This document shows, piece by piece, positions 61,503 to 64,000 of a stretch of DNA of 64,000 nt (position 1 is the stretch's first letter; each line of letters starts with the position of its first letter). A program made the translations under genes and the position numbers. The stretch covers positions 1 through 64,000 of IMG/VR virus record IMGVR_UViG_3300020445_000983. The stretch is one strand, 5' to 3'. This DNA is from a virus. Under the pieces are notes generated by a model. It saw nothing but the letters and a program-made list of their open reading frames with translations, had not been told where the DNA came from and did no database searches.

Positions 61503-62441
61503 TTATCCACTGGCATAACTGAGCACTCCAAGTCTCTTTTGAATCAGGTTACCATAATTCTCGTGCAACTCACAACCCAGATAATGCCTATTCAACTCCT
61601 TAGCAACCAGTGCAGTGGTGCCTGATCCTATAAATGGATCTAGTACCACGTCATCTTCACGTGATCCTGCCAGTATGCAAGGTTTAACCAAATCAGGTGG
61701 GAACGTAGCAAAGTGTGCACCCTTGTAAGGTCTATTTGTTATCTTCCATACACTACGTTTGTTCCTCTTATCATACACCATTTTACGTGGTCTAGTTAAC
61801 CCTGAGAAGGTGTTATTAGTGTCTTTAGTGTTATCCATATTGATGGGGTTATTGCCTCCCCAACGCTCTCCTACTGCCTTCTCCTTGATACTCTCGTGGT
61901 CATAATAATAGTTCTTATTCTTACTTAAGAGGAACAAATACTCGTGAGATTTAGTGCACCTATCTTTGACACTTTCAGGCATAGGGTTAGGTTTGTGCCA
62001 TATTATATCCTGACGTAAATACCAACCATCTGCACGTAGTGCAAATGCTAACATCCAAGGGATGCCAATTAGATCCTTTTCTTTATATCCTTCTAACTTA
62101 TTACCTCTCTTATTTGTATACTCTGGTAAGTCTTGGTTATTACTAGCAATAGTTTGTTGAGGATATGTTCTACTGCCTTTCCCAGGTCTATAATTATAGT
62201 AACTATCACCAATATTCAACCATAATGTGCCATCATCAGTAAGACAATCTCTCACTAATCTAAATGTTTTTACCATCTCTTGAATATACTCTTCTGGAGT
62301 AGATTCCTGTCCTATTTGTGATGCTTCGCCACCATAATCTCTTAGACCATAATAAGGTGGAGAAGTCACACACATTTGACATTTAGTGGTGATATTCTTC
62401 AATGATTCTCTACAATCACCATAGAGAATTGTGTCTTTCAT
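61503..62441 (-). CDS. DNA amino-methyltransferase (N4-C/N6-A, beta class)
   Basis: Motif IV TSPPY near the N-terminus, HFATFP, and motif I LDPFIGSGTT near the C-terminus. Confidence 0.92.
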   Translation of the reverse strand: MKDTILYGDCRESLKNITTKCQMCVTSPPYYGLRDYGGEASQIGQESTPEEYIQEMVKTFRLVRDCLTDDGTLWLNIGDSYYNYRPGKGSRTYPQQTIASNNQDLPEYTNKRGNKLEGYKEKDLIGIPWMLAFALRADGWYLRQDIIWHKPNPMPESVKDRCTKSHEYLFLLSKNKNYYYDHESIKEKAVGERWGGNNPINMDNTKDTNNTFSGLTRPRKMVYDKRNKRSVWKITNRPYKGAHFATFPPDLVKPCILAGSREDDVVLDPFIGSGTTALVAKELNRHYLGCELHENYGNLIQKRLGVLSYASG

Positions 62442-62446
62442 AATAA

Positions 62447-62776
62447 TTAGCGTTCATCAATAGGTGGTAACATATCATTACCAGGATGTTCAACTATCTT
62501 GCCGTGATAGTTTCTGACGTTGCGAGGATAAAGAGATTCATCTATCTCAATATCTAACCAGTCACTTGCATATATTAGCACATTACAGAACGTTTTGCCG
62601 TGTAATGCTTCAGGTGCATCAGTTTCGTGGGTGCAAATAGTAATATAATCATCACCAACAAATGATATGTATCCAGTGTGATCTTGGAATTTAATGTATG
62701 TACCAAGTTCGAGAGATTTAAGGATGTTTCTCATTTCTATTTGGATAGCGTTGGCAAGGAAAAGATTAATCGTCAC
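62447..62776 (-). CDS. Hypothetical protein
   Basis: 109 aa; G.ISFVGDDYITIC; start uncertain (GTG 62776 or ATG 62734). Confidence 0.7.
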   Translation of the reverse strand: MTINLFLANAIQIEMRNILKSLELGTYIKFQDHTGYISFVGDDYITICTHETDAPEALHGKTFCNVLIYASDWLDIEIDESLYPRNVRNYHGKIVEHPGNDMLPPIDER

Positions 62777-63345
62777 AACACATAGAATTGTAGCATATAA
62801 CCATCCTGCTCACAATTATTATTACTTAATGAACAATTAATTGTTGATGGATAGATCATAAATGACCCTTCTTCTGGTTGATAACTAAACTTATTAGAAT
62901 TAAGAGGATTATCAGATAAAAACTTCCATTTAGGTGACACTGAGTGCCAACTATTCCAAGGTGTTTCAAATGTTATTGTACAATCAGGTTTGTGCATAAA
63001 ATATAAACCAGTCAACAGAGTATGAGATATATTCTGTTGAAAATCAATAGTTTGATTAGGTTTAACTTTACGACAATAATTATGTCCTAATTTATACTCA
63101 AACGCATCAATATCACAAGCAAGAAAATTAGATAAAAAATATTCTAGTTGTTGATGTATTAATACGTGCCAAGCACGATATATTTCAGCAACATCACGTT
63201 GAATAGTCTTACCAGTTTCACTATCATAAACTAATGTCCTACAGTGTTGTTTAAAACCATTTGAAACTTCGCTGTTAGTTATATACAACGGAGTGGCAAA
63301 TGCTGGTACTATATCAATAGCATTAAATTGGATTCGGTTTGTCAT
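62773..63345 (-). CDS. TIGR02466-like 2OG-Fe(II) oxygenase fold protein lacking metal ligands
   Basis: FATPLY, LTGLYF and PEEG...IYPS scaffold, but HxH and distal His are absent. Confidence 0.6.
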   Translation of the reverse strand: MTNRIQFNAIDIVPAFATPLYITNSEVSNGFKQHCRTLVYDSETGKTIQRDVAEIYRAWHVLIHQQLEYFLSNFLACDIDAFEYKLGHNYCRKVKPNQTIDFQQNISHTLLTGLYFMHKPDCTITFETPWNSWHSVSPKWKFLSDNPLNSNKFSYQPEEGSFMIYPSTINCSLSNNNCEQDGYMLQFYVL

Positions 63346-63571
63346 AATGATGTTGTCTTAGGTGAAGTTCATCTACTATCTCATCAATAATGTGTAGTTT
63401 CTCGTGTAATTCATTATCATCTATTCTGTTATCGCTATTTTGTTGATACAAACTACCGATATACATTGTAACTGCTTTACGCAAGATTGCGATCTGTTCG
63501 TTGTTAAGAATACGAGACCTAATACCGTGCATTTGGGGTGCTACTGCGGGATGAATTGATAAGGGAGACAT
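63323..63571 (-). CDS. Hypothetical protein
   Basis: 82 aa; late-type CTAAATA at 63596-63602. Confidence 0.65.
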   Translation of the reverse strand: MSPLSIHPAVAPQMHGIRSRILNNEQIAILRKAVTMYIGSLYQQNSDNRIDDNELHEKLHIIDEIVDELHLRQHHYDKPNPI

Positions 63572-63617
63572 TGCAAATTACCTGACCTGATAATGTATTT
63601 AGTACTCAAATTATACC

Positions 63618-64000
63618 CTAAAGTAGAGGAATAAGCGAGAATTGGTCATCTGGGAGTGTAGGTTCTGTTAGAATATCAAAACCCAATGTTATCCTAGGTG
63701 AATCATCATAGTCTTCATTAACAACAACTCTGTGCATCCTTTCCCATCCTGGTCCAAAATATATGTTACCAACTACGTTCTCTATGTTATATTTAAGAGA
63801 CCCTTGTTTGAATTCTGTTGTACTATTTTTAGGATCAATACTTACATATCCGTGATAAGGAAAATGATGATCGTGCCATTTCAATACTTCATTTTGCTTA
63901 TGAAAGTTCATCCAACATTGCATCCACAATGGTTGATTGTTGCCTAAAGTATCACGAACTACTTGTTTTATATTCTTAAATAAGAACCAATATAATGGTG
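63618..64000 (-). CDS. 2OG-Fe(II) oxygenase-like protein, 5' end outside the window
   Basis: Frame open to the window edge; W.N.H....LKWHDH, MHRV and RITLGFD motifs. Confidence 0.7.
   Translation of the reverse strand, partial: PLYWFLFKNIKQVVRDTLGNNQPLWMQCWMNFHKQNEVLKWHDHHFPYHGYVSIDPKNSTTEFKQGSLKYNIENVVGNIYFGPGWERMHRVVVNEDYDDSPRITLGFDILTEPTLPDDQFSLIPLL

Noticed and set aside
61474-61511. NtcA-like GTA-N8-TAA and DnaA-like TTATCCACT sites
   Set aside because: Each is a single mismatched copy; the second overlaps the methyltransferase stop codon. Compatible with chance.
1-64000. tRNA, rRNA, introns or transposases
   Set aside because: None recognised. Gaps are short and show no cloverleaf; a covariance-model scan would be needed to exclude them.

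Overview
Segment of a T4-like cyanophage (cyanomyovirus-type) genome, AT-rich and almost entirely encoded on the minus strand. Read in the direction of transcription (64000 to 1) it has three parts. (i) An early/accessory region (~52.3-64 kb) of many tiny ORFs, 2OG-Fe(II) oxygenase-like genes, an SPPY-type DNA methyltransferase, an SF2 helicase, a PD-(D/E)xK nuclease and a degenerate HNH protein, punctuated by a 58-bp promoter-like element. (ii) A non-coding switch zone (~52.1-53.2 kb) with divergent sigma70 promoters and cyanobacterial-type DnaA boxes. (iii) The late baseplate/tail module with T4 late promoters: NlpC/P60, 1258-aa virion protein, PAAR-like tip, gp25, gp6, an 8862-aa gp7-like protein, YHYH/Ig protein, gp9-like, gp8, a 2397-aa DUF4815/VrlC-like protein and a partial tail fibre. 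The most striking observation is in the 8862-aa protein: by manual parsing, 24 copies of a ~105-aa Cys/His beta domain and 7 helical domains are inserted recursively inside one another and closed in last-in-first-out order, implying a branched, tree-like polypeptide. Other leads are a candidate origin, a tandem structured-RNA motif, and apparent absence of CATG. All family calls come from motif recognition by eye, with no database searches. Several starts were moved from the ORF track and several short ORFs were added by hand.
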